Shown piece after piece: positions 37,131-52,014 of a stretch of DNA of 64,000 nt. The notes beneath the pieces are model-generated. The model was not told the DNA's origin, ran no database searches, and worked only from the letters and a program-made list of their open reading frames with translations. This DNA is from the human T2T-CHM13v2.0 reference genome, Homo sapiens. The translations under genes and the position numbers were made by a program. The stretch lies in the NCBI RefSeq assembly GCF_009914755.1, contig NC_060947.1; one strand, 5' to 3'. The number at the start of each line of letters is the position of its first letter. Within the stretch, counting starts at the first letter, position 1.

Positions 37131-38237
37131 GGAGTTTTTACAAAATCTGTATAAAATGGGAACCTTTTAGGTAAGTACAAAAAATATGCAGAGGCAGAGA
37201 CCAGGAAATTTGCTGTATCTTTATGTTTTCTGCTTGTATCCCAAATGACATGGAGATCCATGGTTCTGTGAATGAAACCAGTCAGTTATTATGTTCCAAA
37301 AGACAATGGTAATGAAGTACATGTCCTTTTCCCTTTGAGTGCATTCTTTGTTCTCTTCTTCTGAAAGTTGCAGATATCCACTAAGTTTGAAAATCTTTCA
37401 TCTCCTGAAGTTAAGTTGTTCAATGTTGTTTCCAAATTTGGAAGACCATGCGTAACACTAATGTGATGAGGAGCAGAAGACAGAAGATTAGCTGCAACAT
37501 GAAACAGTAATAGGGAATCATGTCTGACCAACCAACCATCATGATGGATAGGTTTTTCCACTCAAAGAAGGCCCTCTCTTCACTCTGCCAAGAGCAGGGG
37601 TTTCATCAATTGTAAGCGTTCTAAGAGGAGGCTTCCCACAGCCGCAAATTCTCCTTGTTGTCGTCTCCTCTTTCACTCAAAGTTCACAGTGATGGTTGAT
37701 TTGAGCCTAAACTTGAAAGGGAGTCAGAACAGAGAAGCTCACTGTCTGTTGACTTGGCAACGGAGTGACTTCATTATTACCCACATCTCATGTTCTCTTT
37801 AAAATCTGCATTATTACCCTAGCATTTGGAACTGCCTTTTAGACTCTCGGCTTCCAGTTCAGCCTTGGGTGGAGGGGCTACTGCTAGTTTTCCTAGGATC
37901 CTTATTCACTGGCTGATTTATTTGGTATTTCCTATTTCACACTGAAAAATTGCTTGTGATTAGTTTTTGCCAGCACATCAGGAAAGAAGACAAATGCTGC
38001 AGCATTCATCAAAAGTTCTAACCACTGCTTTGCTGCATGAAATGATCACCCAGGCTTTGCCACGACCATGAATCATTACACTTGTTTTGGGCAGATTATG
38101 CTGGACATGGGGTTCCTCTTCCCTTACAGCCCTCAAGAACAGACCTCATTCAAGGGCCCTCCTTTCGTCCACCTCCCCCAATCACTCCTGTGTAGCTGCA
38201 GTGATTTCTCAGAAGCCCCTTTCCTGGGCCTCAATAG

Positions 38238-39191
<954 letters not shown>

Positions 39192-39734
39192 AAGAATCAC
39201 ACTTTTTGAGGATGAACCTGCTGAGAGTCAGGAGTCTGCTGGAGCTTTTCCTGGCTAGTAGTGGAGGAGGCAGGAAAGGGTGAACTACAAATGTGAATAC
39301 ATTTGAGGGGGTGGCATGATCTAAAGGGCATGTGGAGAGAAGAAAAAAAAACACTCCCACGTTTCTAATTGCACCGTGAGTCAGTGCCATTTCTATGCGG
39401 TGGAATGAGTGCCCTGCTGGGGCCGGGGGAATGGTAGAAAGTTTTTCCGCCATCTCCATCTAACTGAGTCATGGACCCCATGAGTAGAGATTGGGGTAAG
39501 GGAATGAAGTCACCACTCACCCCATTTCTTCCTGTTTCCTGGGTTTTCCTATCCCCTTATCTTGCCCTCCTCTTTGCCTGAGAGAACTGTGTTTCCTTTG
39601 CACTTCTGAGGGGCCTGATGAAAGCCTCATACTATGTCTGCTGGACAGAACACTGGAGCAAGAGAGACAGGATGTCTCTCTTCATCCTAGTGTCGGACCC
39701 AAACCAGTAACTTGGGATATTCCTGTTTCAGGGA

Positions 39735-39870
39735 TAAGTCACTTCCCTTACTAGCCTCCCTGGGAGCCAGGAAGGCTGCTGAACACCCCCCATTGCCTAG
39801 AACAGCCCCCACAGCAAAGAGCTCTCCAGCCCAAAATGTCAACAGTGCTGAGGTTGAGAAAACCTGCTCT
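39735..39870 (-). mobile_element. MER20 hAT transposon fragment
   Basis: cagcccaaaatgtcaacagtgctgaggttgagaaaacctg end. Confidence 0.75.
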
Positions 39871-41835
39871 AGAACAAGGCAAATGTTACTACCCACACTT
39901 ACCTGCAAAAGGTCATGATAGAACTCAACTTTGGGCTCTGACCACCCTGGATTAGAATAACCATGCTGCCTCTTACTGGGTCTGTGTCCTCGTAAAATAT
40001 ATTTAACCTCCATGAGCCTTAGGAGAGCCTGCCTCTGGGGAGGAATGAGTTTAAGCAGGGAATACTGATACCTAACTTACAGAGCAGTTGTAAGGACTTA
40101 GAGAAACGGTATGTAAAGTGCCTAGTATCTGGCCCGTTGTAGGCCCTTGAAGTATTAGTTTCCTTTCCACAGCCCTTTGCAGCTTCTGCTTCTGAGATGA
40201 CTTTAACCTAAACTATATAGTGCTAAGAAGCATAATTGTGTCCTAAAGAGCTTCTGAAAACATGGCAACAGAAAGAAAAATAAACCTACACAGACTTACA
40301 TCATGTATAAGAGTTGGTGCCTCTTCTGTGTTGTGGCATCGCGCAGTGTAGGTAGAATGGGGAAATGTTGTCACCCCATTTCTGTAGAATCAGTGTATGT
40401 TTCCTGACCTCTTTGGGACTCTCTTGGAGAGTGAGCATCAGAAGTGGTCATTAACTGGGTATCTGGGTTGTTCTTGTGGCTCTATAAAGACACATGCCCA
40501 GGGAAGAGCTAAGCATGAGGAGAGGTCTTCTGGAGAGAGCAATGGAGTGAAAGGCAGAAGATGTTGTTTCCAGAGCCTGACAAACTGCTCTCTATGTGAT
40601 ATGGGTAAAACGTGTACCTTCTGCTGGGTACAGACTCAATGTTAGGGCATGTGAGTTGGGATGATCTTCTAGCAGGCCAATTTTGGGTATAAATCATTTA
40701 GCTTGCCTCTTCTGAAGCATTCCTGTCCTCATTTAAATTCTCATATTCTAATGCTGCTGGAGGATTCAATGAACTAAGCTATCTCATAGGAAATCTGCGT
40801 CATTGCTGAGGCAGAGGGACAAAGTGTACTGGTGGGACACCTACATGGCTCTTATCACTTCTGCTTGGGAGGGGCACGCTCCATTTCCTCTCATCAATCA
40901 TTGGCCACATCTAGTCACACATGCAAGCTTGATGTCAGTGGAGTGGGGTCAGCGGGCCTAGGAGGGGCCATGGGCACCAGCCAATCCATGTGACCTAACA
41001 TAAGCTTCATAGGTCAAAGGGCAGGATTTCATCTCCACCGTCCTCTTCCTTGATGTGAAGGGCTGTTGAGTGAGGCCCATAGGGCACAATACTGGGGGAG
41101 TGCAAAGCCATCATCTTCCAAATGGGAAGCTGCTGGTGATATTGTGGGGAAGGCAAGAGATAGAATCACATTCCAGTTCTGCCACTTCTCTGAAGAGGGT
41201 TTAGTCCCTGTGAGAACGAGCTTGATCATCTGTGAAATAAGGCTCACCACATATCTTTTTCAGAAAACCTGTCAAGTACCTACGGGACATAGTAGGACTT
41301 CAACACATAACACTCACGGCTATTTACCTCCTCCCTCCCAGAGAGGAGATGACATTTATCTAAACCAAAGGGCATTACTGCCATAGAGAGTTTGTGGAAA
41401 GGTAGCAGCAAGAACTGAAATATGTCCCCATAACCTATGAGCTTTGGGCCAGTTCTGAGTTGTGGGATGAGTTCCATGTGGGAATGGGGAAACAGAAAAA
41501 AATCCCCACATCATTTCCTATGACTGCATTTGCCTTCCTGTCCCCTTTCTTTGCCATCTAGTCTGACACTGGAGGAGAAGTTTCCCATTGATTCTGAAGT
41601 AGAAGGGACACTACAGAACAAGATACATAGATGCTGAACAAAAGACTGGAGTCAGGAGACCAGACACGTCCCTGACTACAAAACTTTGGATGAGTCATTT
41701 CCCTTGTGCTGGCCTCAGCCTAGTGCAATAATTGCCCTATTGCAGTGGCCTGGGGGTTGGGTCAGAAAAAAAAAACAGTTTAAAGCTGAACACCATTGGT
41801 TGAACTTTGCATGATTTTTTTGTATGAATCTCCTT

Positions 41836-42445
41836 GTGGTAGGCAGAATTTTAAAATGAGCTTCAATGACCCTTTCAATCTTGTATAATCTCCTCTTCTC
41901 TGAATGTGGGTGGAACCAGTTAATATAACGTGATATCACTTACATGATTATGTTCTGTTATATGGTAAAAGGGTGATAATTTGGCTGGGGGCTGACCTAA
42001 TCAAATGAGCTTTTTAAAAGCAGAGTATTTTTTTCTGGCTGTTCAGAGGAGGGGAAATCAGAGAATCAGAACCCAGGGAGCATTCAACACACCATTGCTG
42101 GCTGGAAGAAGGAGATCACGTATCAGGGAACTGGAGTAGCCCCTAGGAGCTGAGAAGACTCTAAGACGATAGCCGTCAAGGAAACTGGGAGGTGGGTTGT
42201 GCTGCAGTGCAATAGTCTTGAGAAAATGACTTCTCCCAGAAACAAGGATGATCTTGGAAGCAAATTTTTACCCAGAGCCTCCAGACAAAAGATCTCAGTC
42301 AAGTCTACATAGATACCTTGATTTCAGCTTTGTGAGACCCTAAATTGAGAGCAAGGTCATACAGTGCCAGACTTCTGACCTACAGACCCATGACCTTAGA
42401 TGTAGCTTTCAGCCACTAACTTTGTAGTTACACACTTAAAGAAAA
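41836..42445 (+). mobile_element. MLT1E/F-like MaLR solo LTR
   Basis: tgtggtaggcagaattttaaaatg...ccagacttctgacctacaga. Confidence 0.75.
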
Positions 42446-42894
42446 TTGATACATTCCAGTTAAATCAAATCCATATTCAATGCATATACAGTGTGTGTGT
42501 GCACATGTACACACGTGTGTAGATGACAACTGGAGGAAACATACCACCATGATTACAGTTTTCACTAGTCCATGGTGGGGTTAAATGTTATCAATATGTT
42601 CATATTGGTATATGAGTGCATTTTCCGTATTTTCTAAGTGCACAATGGGTTACTTGTTAATCAGAGATAAGGCCCATTAAAGACTTATTCATGTCAAATA
42701 TGTTAGATTTCAGGCATTTAAAAACTTATAATAAATACCATAATAGGCAAACATGTGTACAACCAAGTCAAATATTGCAGAGTAAATGCTTCTATGTATC
42801 TTCTCTGATTGTCTTACCCCTGAGGGAACCATTATCCAAATCAAATTTTTTTTACCATTCTAAAGTTTTGTTCCATATTTATTATTCATGAACA

Positions 42895-43204
42895 TAGTTA
42901 TGCATTGCACAACAGGGATACGTTCTGACAAATGTGTCATTGTGCAAACATCATAAAGTGTACTTACACAAACCTAGATGGTATAACCTACTACATATCT
43001 AAGCTAGATGGTATAGCCTATTGCTCCTAGGCTACAAACCTATAGGAAGTTACTGTACTGTATACTGTAGGCAATTGTAACACAATGGTAAATAATCTAA
43101 ACATAGAAAAGTTACAGTAAAAATACAATATTATAATCTAATGGTACCACCGTCATATATGCGGCTCATCATTGACTGAAACGTCGTTATAGGGCATATG
43201 ACTA
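42895..43204 (+). mobile_element. Tigger3/MER7 non-autonomous DNA transposon
   Basis: ttacacaaacctagatggtat core shared with 58681-59905. Confidence 0.8.
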
Positions 43205-45097
43205 TACGCTCCTGAACAGAACACATAATTTCTTCACATATTTTAAGCTCTAACTATAGAAGTAGTATATTTAGGTACCACTTATGGAGATTTTTACACT
43301 GAAAATAGCGTTTCTGAAGTTTCTTTAATCAGGCAACTTTGGAACTATATTTTAGCCACGCTGCTGTGACCAGGTTTGCATACATGCAAAACTCTCTGAA
43401 GTGCAGACCTGAGAGGGCTGCGGCTGACAGGGCCTTGCTTGCTTCTCTCACAGATGCTGTGCAGTGTCTCCACAAAGAGCTTGTACCAATTTCTCCTCTC
43501 CTGGCAGTGTGTGGAGTTCTCCTGACTCCATAATTTCAATTTAAACAGGGCACAGCAAAAACACAAACTTACTGATCTGGTTTTCTTGCCAAACTCTACA
43601 ATTATTCCAGGACATATCTTGAGGCATAAAGTGGAACCATTATGTTTGCATTTAAAAATGCACATGTGAAATATGCCATTTACGTGGAAATAGACGGAGA
43701 AAATGAAACATATTCTAACATTACAGCATAGAATATTTCATCAGCAAATATTAATAAAGTTGGAAAAGCCGTTATTGCACAAATCTAAAAAAATGAGTGC
43801 TCTCATCTTGGAGTTGGTTGGGATATTCATTAGTAAGGAGATTTTAACTTTCAACTAGACAGCAAATACTTAATATGTTAAATGGTCATACTCTTTGATA
43901 AAGATGATCATTTGTAGTAATGTATCCTTTAGATACATCCTGAGAGAACCCTGCCATCATCAATCATGTTTCCCTACTGCTCAGGGCGAAGCTGACCATT
44001 TCCCTTGGTGCCTTCAGGACCCCTGACCCTGCTTCATCCATCCTGCCATCCAAACAAGAAAATCTCTTTCAAGGCTGGATGCACAGCCTCAATGAATCAT
44101 CCATGGATCCACCTCAAGTGTTGATATGCACCAGTGCTCATGTCCTTACTCCTGGAGGGATTTGTAGACCTCTGACCTCATCCTTGTCTGGAAGAAAACT
44201 CCCTTCCTATCCCCTTTCTGTGTCCTCAAAGGCCCTTCCCTCCCTACCAGATGCAGGTAGGCCAACCCTTTCTTTAAGCTTAGATTTTCACAGAGGATGG
44301 AAGAAATAATGGCTTCAGACAGCTTCTGCTTCCATCCCTGCCATAAACCTCCCCTCAGGCAAGGGGAAGGGGGACAAAGCCTGGCTCCCTTCTGTAGGGA
44401 GGGTAAACATGGGAAAACAGAAATTAACCTCACAGCGGTACATGTCCTGATACATTTGCTGAAGTGCTTTCACCAGCAACTCAAGGTACCCAAGCTGGCA
44501 GGTTCTATCCCTGGCTCTGGCAGTGGGTGTGGTGAGAAACCTCTTTGCCATCCAGCTCTATGGTTAGGAGTACTTGCTTTGTAGTCACTTACATTCATGA
44601 AGAAAGGATAGCAATACCTCACTAGCAGGGCTGTCGAGATTAAATCCAACTACCAAGGTGAAGAACCTGGAGCTGGGCACCTCTAAACAATCTGCTCCAT
44701 AAATGGTAGCTGTCTTTCTTCCCTCGAGCAGGAACTCATGTGACAAATTTACCTGCCTTTTCAGCCAAGACCCCTTAACCAGCATACACATCAGAGTCAC
44801 TTTGATGAGCTTTTTTTAAACCCTCAGCTGAAACTCCCTTGTTGGTGGAAATAGGACTTCTGCACAAAGTCCATTCAAGTTATTAAGATGTAATAATACT
44901 GGCCTCAGAAAACGGATACATCGGTGTGGCACTAATCGTGTATATGAGTCCGTTTCTTCTTCATTTCACCAACACTAGTTGTTAACAGCTTTTGTCTTTT
45001 CTTGCCAATCTGAACTGCTCGTTTTCTCCACACCTGCCCCATTGGAAGTGTCATTTCAGACTGTTGGTAAACTTACATATCCAGAGATTCCTCTTCT

Positions 45098-45668
45098 AGG
45101 GTTGCAAGATTTAGCAAATAAAAATACAGAATTCCCAGTTGCATTCAGATAAATGAAATAATGTTGCATGCCACACCCAGAGAAACAGAACCAGTAGGGC
45201 GTGTGTGTGTGTGTGTGTGTATGAGATAGAGAGAGATTCATTTTAAGGAACTGTTTCACATGATTATTGGAGGCTGAAAGTCCAATCTCTGTAGGGTGGG
45301 CTTGCAGACTGGAGAATAAGGCAGATCCAATGTTGCAATTCAATTCTGAAGGCTATCTGTTAGCAGTATTCCCTTTTGCTCAGGGATGTCAGATTTTCGC
45401 TCTATTCAGGTCTCCAGATGATTGGATGAGGACCACCCACATTATAGAGGGCAGTCTGCTTTATTCAGCGTCCACTAATTTAAATGTTAATCTCATCCAA
45501 AACCGTCCTTACAGAAACACTCAGAATAATGATGATGAGATATATGGGTACCATGGCCCAGTCAAGTTGATGCATAAAATTAACCATCATACTTACACTA
45601 AAAAATTATTCATTTTTATCTGGAATTTAGATTTAACTGGATATCCTCTATTTTATCTGGTTGCCCTA
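45098..45668. mobile_element. MER53-like element interrupted by an MLT2 LTR (~45170-45590) with (TG)n
   Basis: Termini tagggttgcaagat / atctggttgcccta; ccagagaaacagaacc...aaattaaccatca MLT2 motif. Confidence 0.65.
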
Positions 45669-46757
45669 AACATGGGGACTCTGTGCTGAACCAAGGTGCT
45701 CCAGGAAGCAACCCCAACTGAGCTGCAGGTGGCATCAGCACCAATTGTCTTTCATGTGAGTAAACTCTCTTGGATGTCCCAGTGGAGTGTAGCCCCACAG
45801 CCCCGCGAAACATACACCACATGCAGCAGAAAACACATTGCTGAGCTCAGTCAACACTCAGATTTCTGAGAGATAATAAATGGTTTGTTTTGGGGTATTC
45901 GTTAGGTAGAAATGGTTATCTAAAACATGGTTTGGGTGAACTTTTCCCCTTTTTCTGTACTTTGTTATCATTGGATATCAAAGGGATTCTCTTATCCTTG
46001 AAGGCTTGGTGGGACATTGTTATACTAATAATTTTGAGTATAGTCTCTGTGTTTGTTTGTGTGTGTGTATAAATTTCTGAATATTTAGTCAATTCCTTCT
46101 TGAAGGAATTTTCAATGGAAGCTATCACAATATATGATTTTCAACCTACTCTGAATTTAGAACCTAATTCCATGAGATGAGCCTCTATTGAAATCACATG
46201 AATTAAGGTACTGACAAAGTGTTGTCACAAATGACTCCACGGGGAAAGCCTCAGAGATTGGCTTTGGCTTGGTGAGTATTCGTTCTGAACAAGGGTTATT
46301 TACGTACTTTAAGAAGTGTTTCTGAAAGAAGAGATCTTGAAACTCTTTCTCCTGCTACAGGGGATAGCCTTGCAAGGAAGCTACTTTCCATGGGAACACA
46401 TAGGACTCCTGCACCAGACAGCAGCTTGATATGCATTGCAGTCCTTGGCCTTTATGATTTTCCTGTCATGGCACTACTTGGTGGATAAATCTTTTTCAAT
46501 TCTGTGGATCCTTCATAGGAAGCCCACATGCCAGCAAATCTAAGTCATCTTCTCCAGTATCTTCTTTATGAGGAATAAAGTCCATGTATTTTTCTTCTTT
46601 CATCTATTTATTACTTGATTTCAAGCTTAGACTTGAAGCATGGAGGTAAATTGCTTAAAAAATCCAAGCAATTTGGAGAAAGACAATAGAAATAGTTGAG
46701 CCAGTGAGGCACAGAAAGAGGAGTAGCACTGTGGGCCTATTGTAAGATCTACCTCTG

Positions 46758-47175
<418 letters not shown>

Positions 47176-47719
47176 TCACCAATTAGAGAAGTTCCTCCTG
47201 TGACAGAAAAGGATTGAGTGTATAGAGAGTCTAGAAATGTTGTGGTCATGAATGTCCCTCCACATGTAGGAATGAAGGATAAGAATTTTCTCAAGACAAA
47301 CCATTGCATGGTTGAATTGATTAGGTTTCTAGGCTTGCATTACTGAAATAACTCTGAGATATCTTAAATGACTTATTTTGTTGTTCCTAGATCTTTTAGT
47401 CACATGATTATAGACAGTCTTAGTTTTCTGCCACAGATGGATAACTGATTAGTGTGGTGTGTGAACTGTACATGCTCCTCCTCAGTGAGCTAGCTTATCT
47501 CCAAGAGCTCCAGGTCTCTGTGCACTGGTGATATTCCTCTACTGTCACTTTTAAACAAAACTACTGACAACCGGGACATTGTTCCATCAAACCTGGCAGA
47601 ATTCTATCAATTGGCTCCGTCCCAGCCTAGTTCCTCTAATTATTATAGCTACCCAGGAAGCCGCCTGAAGAGTGAAGCCATTTTCTCTTTGTGAAAGCCA
47701 AGGAGTCAAAAGGCCACTC

Positions 47720-48100
47720 TATGGCATTTCCGGTGTGCTGGACCAGCCTGCGTATCACGGTTGCCATAGAAACCTGACGTCATAACGGCGACCGTGAAGA
47801 CTTTTAAAATAGAGACCAACGTGGCCGGGCAGGAAGAGCAGGGTCCCGCCTTCAGGTGTTTGGGACTCAGCTGAGGGTGTGGGTGCCCCGCGGTGGGGGC
47901 TGAACCTTCCTGGGGTGTGGAGAGACGAAAGGAGCCCAGATCCAAGTTCCCTCGTTCCCGCTTTGGCATAAGTTGCCCTGGCGGTCTCATGAGAGAGAGA
48001 AAGAGCTGGGACCCTCCTCGCCCCAGTGAGTGTGATGTCTTGCTCCGGGTGTCCTGGGGCAACTTTCTATACAGGCGGGACGTGGGAGGATCAGACAGGT
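47720..48100 (+). promoter_or_regulatory. Orphan CpG-rich promoter-like element (ETS, RFX X-box, CRE, MYB) with downstream splice donor
   Basis: ATTTCCGG 47726; GTTGCCATAGAAAC 47760-47773; TGACGTCA 47775-47782; TAACGG 47783-47788; local CpG retention; CAG|GTAAGG 48098/48099. Confidence 0.7.
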
Positions 48101-48274
48101 AAGGACTCTCTGAGCCCAGCGTCCCGTTCTGTAAAATGAGGATAAGAATGCACACCCACAGGATTGCTGCAACCTGCAGTGATAACACAGGTGCAAGATG
48201 ATAGATAGCCCTGTGGTTGTTATGGGACGATGGGTGCTTTATGGATTCAGGCTATTTCTTTTCTTTTATTTTTT

Positions 48275-48705
48275 GAAAACAACAGAAATTTATTATTTTA
48301 CAGTTTTGGAGTTCAAAAGTCCAAAGTAGGTCTCACTGGGCTAAAATCAAGGTGTCAGCAGGGCTATGTTCCTTCTGGAAGTTCTAGTGTAGAATGAATT
48401 TTCGTTTTTTTCCAGCTTCTAGAAGCTGCTGGCATTCCTTGGCTCATGCCCTCACATTACTCTAACCTCCATATTGTGGTCACATCTACTTCTCCGATTT
48501 TATTGCCTCCCTATTTCCCTCATAAAGACCCTTGTAATTATATCAGGCCCACCCATATGATCCAGAATAACCTCACCATTTTAAGATCATTAACTTAATC
48601 ACATCTGTAAAGTCCATTTTACCATGTAATGTAACATATTCACTTGTTCCAGAGATTAGGACATGGATTTCTTTGGGGCAGAGGAGTGTTATTCAGCCTA
48701 CAGCA
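48275..48705 (-). mobile_element. MLT1 MaLR LTR
   Basis: aacaacagaaatttatt...ctaaaatcaaggtgtcagcagggct. Confidence 0.75.
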
Positions 48706-49949
48706 CAGTTGTATATTAGATACTGTGCTGGATAGCCTCAATTTGTCTCTTCAAAGCTTCCACCCCTCACCACCCTACTCTGTGCTTCACAGGTCTGATC
48801 CTTATAGATTACATCAACTCAGATCCCTTCTCCTTAGGCTTCCAGTTGGGTTTGGCCAATGGGAGATACTAGCAAGTGAGTGAGGGAAAGATGGGGTATG
48901 TGTCCCCAGTGCCAGATTCCTTGGTGTTGGGCTACAGGTTGGTAGTGGTTGTGTTCCTCTACCAAGGGCTCAGGCAGTTTCCTCATTCTTTTTTAAAGTT
49001 GTTATTAGGTGATAGATGGAAAGGAGAAGAAAAGGCCCTGGTGAGAAACTCATTGTTCCTTCTGTTGTTATGATCACTACCTGATTGTGTCAGTGTCATT
49101 GGTCACTAATTCAGTGCCCAGCATGGTTGCAGGCACAGAGTCACTTCAATAAAGCATAGTGATTGCTGGAGTCTGTCTCTCCCCAGGAAGCACTTCACGG
49201 GGGCAACTAAACTTATATCAGGTGTCTGAAGGAGGTGGGTTCTGATGATCTAGGTCATGATGACTGCTGAAGCTTCTACTTCAGATTTGCAGGACAGCAG
49301 TCCTCAGGAGATCTCTAGCACTTCCATCCTTGGTGGGATATGATGCCTGGCTCAAGTGAGTTCATAGATCTGAGCAGAAGTATGTTGCAGAATAGTAGCT
49401 GTGTAGTTCACAAAGTAGTCTAAAAGTAGAGCAGCCACTTTGATCTTATCACTGGAAAAGAGGCTCAACAGGTGGATTTCATTGCGTGCATCAGCAGCTA
49501 CATGCTTTGTAGTATCCCTTGAGGCCCATTTGGAGCTACCTTTCTTAAAGCAATGAATTGTTCAGTTGGGGAAGAAACTTGATATTTAACATGCATTTGT
49601 AATAAATTTACACATAGTTTTCTGACTGTATAAATAATAATTCATTATTCCCATGTATCTCGGATGGAAGTTGAAATATGCAGGTGGTTAGAAGGTCTTC
49701 ATAGCAATTTGAGATTGTAATATGCATGCTTTCATGGTTAGCGTGTTTTCATCCATTCTGCAATGTAATTTTTTAAGAGGCCAGGAATTTATTAAGTGTT
49801 AGTTAAATGTCAGGTACAAGAATTTAGTATTTTTGAAAATAACAATTACTTGATAGTTTGCCCAATTATAATGATACCTAGTCACATCTCCTAAAATAAC
49901 CAGATAAGCCTAAGTATTATTATTATTATTTCGTAGGAAATAACATTTT

Positions 49950-50870
49950 CAGTTCTATAGTACCTGGGGTCCCTACCCCTCCTACCGCCCTGTCTCCAGG
50001 CAAACACATTTCTGTCACTGTAGATTTGGTTTTATGTCCTAGAAATGTATTTAAGTGGAATCATAGAGAGGTTTTTTTAAGAGGAATCTGGCTTTTTTCA
50101 TTCACCCTATTTAATTTTAGATTTATCCATTTCGTTGCATATATCAATAGTTTATTCTTTGTTATTGCTTAATAGCATTCCAGTGTATGGCTATACCACT
50201 ATTTGCTTTATCCATTCACCTGTTGGTGGATATTTGGGTTGTTTCTAATTTGGGACACTTATAAATAAAGCTGATATGAACATATGTGAATAAGTCTTTT
50301 CATAGACATACGCGTTCTTTCTTTGGGGTAAATATTTAGGAGTGCAATTGCTGGATATATGGTAGATACAAGATTAACATTGTAAGAAACTGCCAAGCTG
50401 TTTCCAAAGTGGTTGTACCACTGCTGTCACCAGCAGTGTGTGAGAGTTTTATCCTCCCCAACCTTGCCAGTGCTTGATATGGTCAGTTTCTTTAATTTTG
50501 GCCATTCTTACAAGAATATAGTAGTATCTCATTGCAGTTTTCATTTACATTTCCCTAACGATTAATGTTGTTGAGTATCTTTTCATGTGTTTACTTGACA
50601 TTTGTATATATATATCTTCTTTAGTGGAATGTCTATTCAAATATTTTGCCCATTTATTTACTTAAGTGTCTGTTTTCCTCTGACTTTTGTGATATTTTCT
50701 ATATTCTGGATACAAGTCCTTCATCAGATATATTATTTTAAACACTTTCTCCTAGTCAGGGACTTGTATTTTCATTTTCTTATCCATATATTTGGAAAAG
50801 CAAAAGTTTTTGACTTTGAGGAAGTCCAATTTATTGATTTGTTCACTTACGGATTGTGGTTTTCATGTCA
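49950..50870 (-). mobile_element. Old L1M 3' fragment
   Basis: Degenerate L1 3'UTR/ORF2 antisense. Confidence 0.75.
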
Positions 50871-51530
50871 TATATTAATGTAATAGCATGACTACAGAGA
50901 GAATACTTGCAATTGTAATAGCAAGCAGGGATAAGCCCACATTTCCACTAGGTGACAGCTTCACTGTCATTCTGTGTGGGGGAGAGGGTTGTGGGATGGA
51001 GCTGAGGAAGACGAAAAGCATCATTGCACAGCTTCCAAGTAACTGAATGGGGACAGGACAGGCATCATCACCCCATCCCCTGTTTTTCATGTGCTTTTTC
51101 ATCCTCTTACCTTCCTACTCATTCCTTGTGCTTTCTTGTCCTCTTACTCTCCCATCTAGTGTAACATCAGACAAGGGTGTTGACTCTGCAGCACAGAACC
51201 AGTAGTTTGTGGAGAAGAATGGAGGTGTGGTGTTGAATCTGCTAGACAGGCTACTGAAGCAAAAGTCAAGAGATCCAGATTCCATCATGGGGACACTTTA
51301 GGTAAGTCACTACCCTTCCTTTAGATTAGTCTATACAACAGGATAAAAATACCCAATATTCCTGACCACCAGGAATACTCTGGAGTTTAAGTATGATCTC
51401 ATGTGGGAAAGCAATCTTCCCCCCTCCTTAGAAAAGTAGTGTACATTTGAGTAATTACATTAATAGGGATATTCCAGATGTCCCAGAATCTGCATGGTAG
51501 GCATTAAATTAATGGTGCTCAAGTGTGAAC

Positions 51531-51868
<338 letters not shown>

Positions 51869-52014
51869 CTATGGATCACTTCATCAAATTCATCAGGAGG
51901 TGCTCGTTAAAATAGCAGATACTTGGACCTACCCTAGATCTGCTGAATCAAAACCAAGGAGGTGGGATGGGAGGTGTCTCCATTTAAAGTAATATTTTCA
52001 GTTGGTCTGGTACT

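Noticed and set aside
37289-37561. 90-aa minus ORF in the track
   Set aside because: GTG start directly after a stop; no recognisable homology
48090-48110. Donor CAGGTAAGGACTC similar to BEX3 exon-1 donor, suggesting a BEX paralog promoter
   Set aside because: Match is little more than splice consensus and continues into MIR-like sequence
47706-48188. 160-aa minus ORF over the orphan promoter
   Set aside because: Non-ATG start, begins in MIR-like sequence, no recognisable domain
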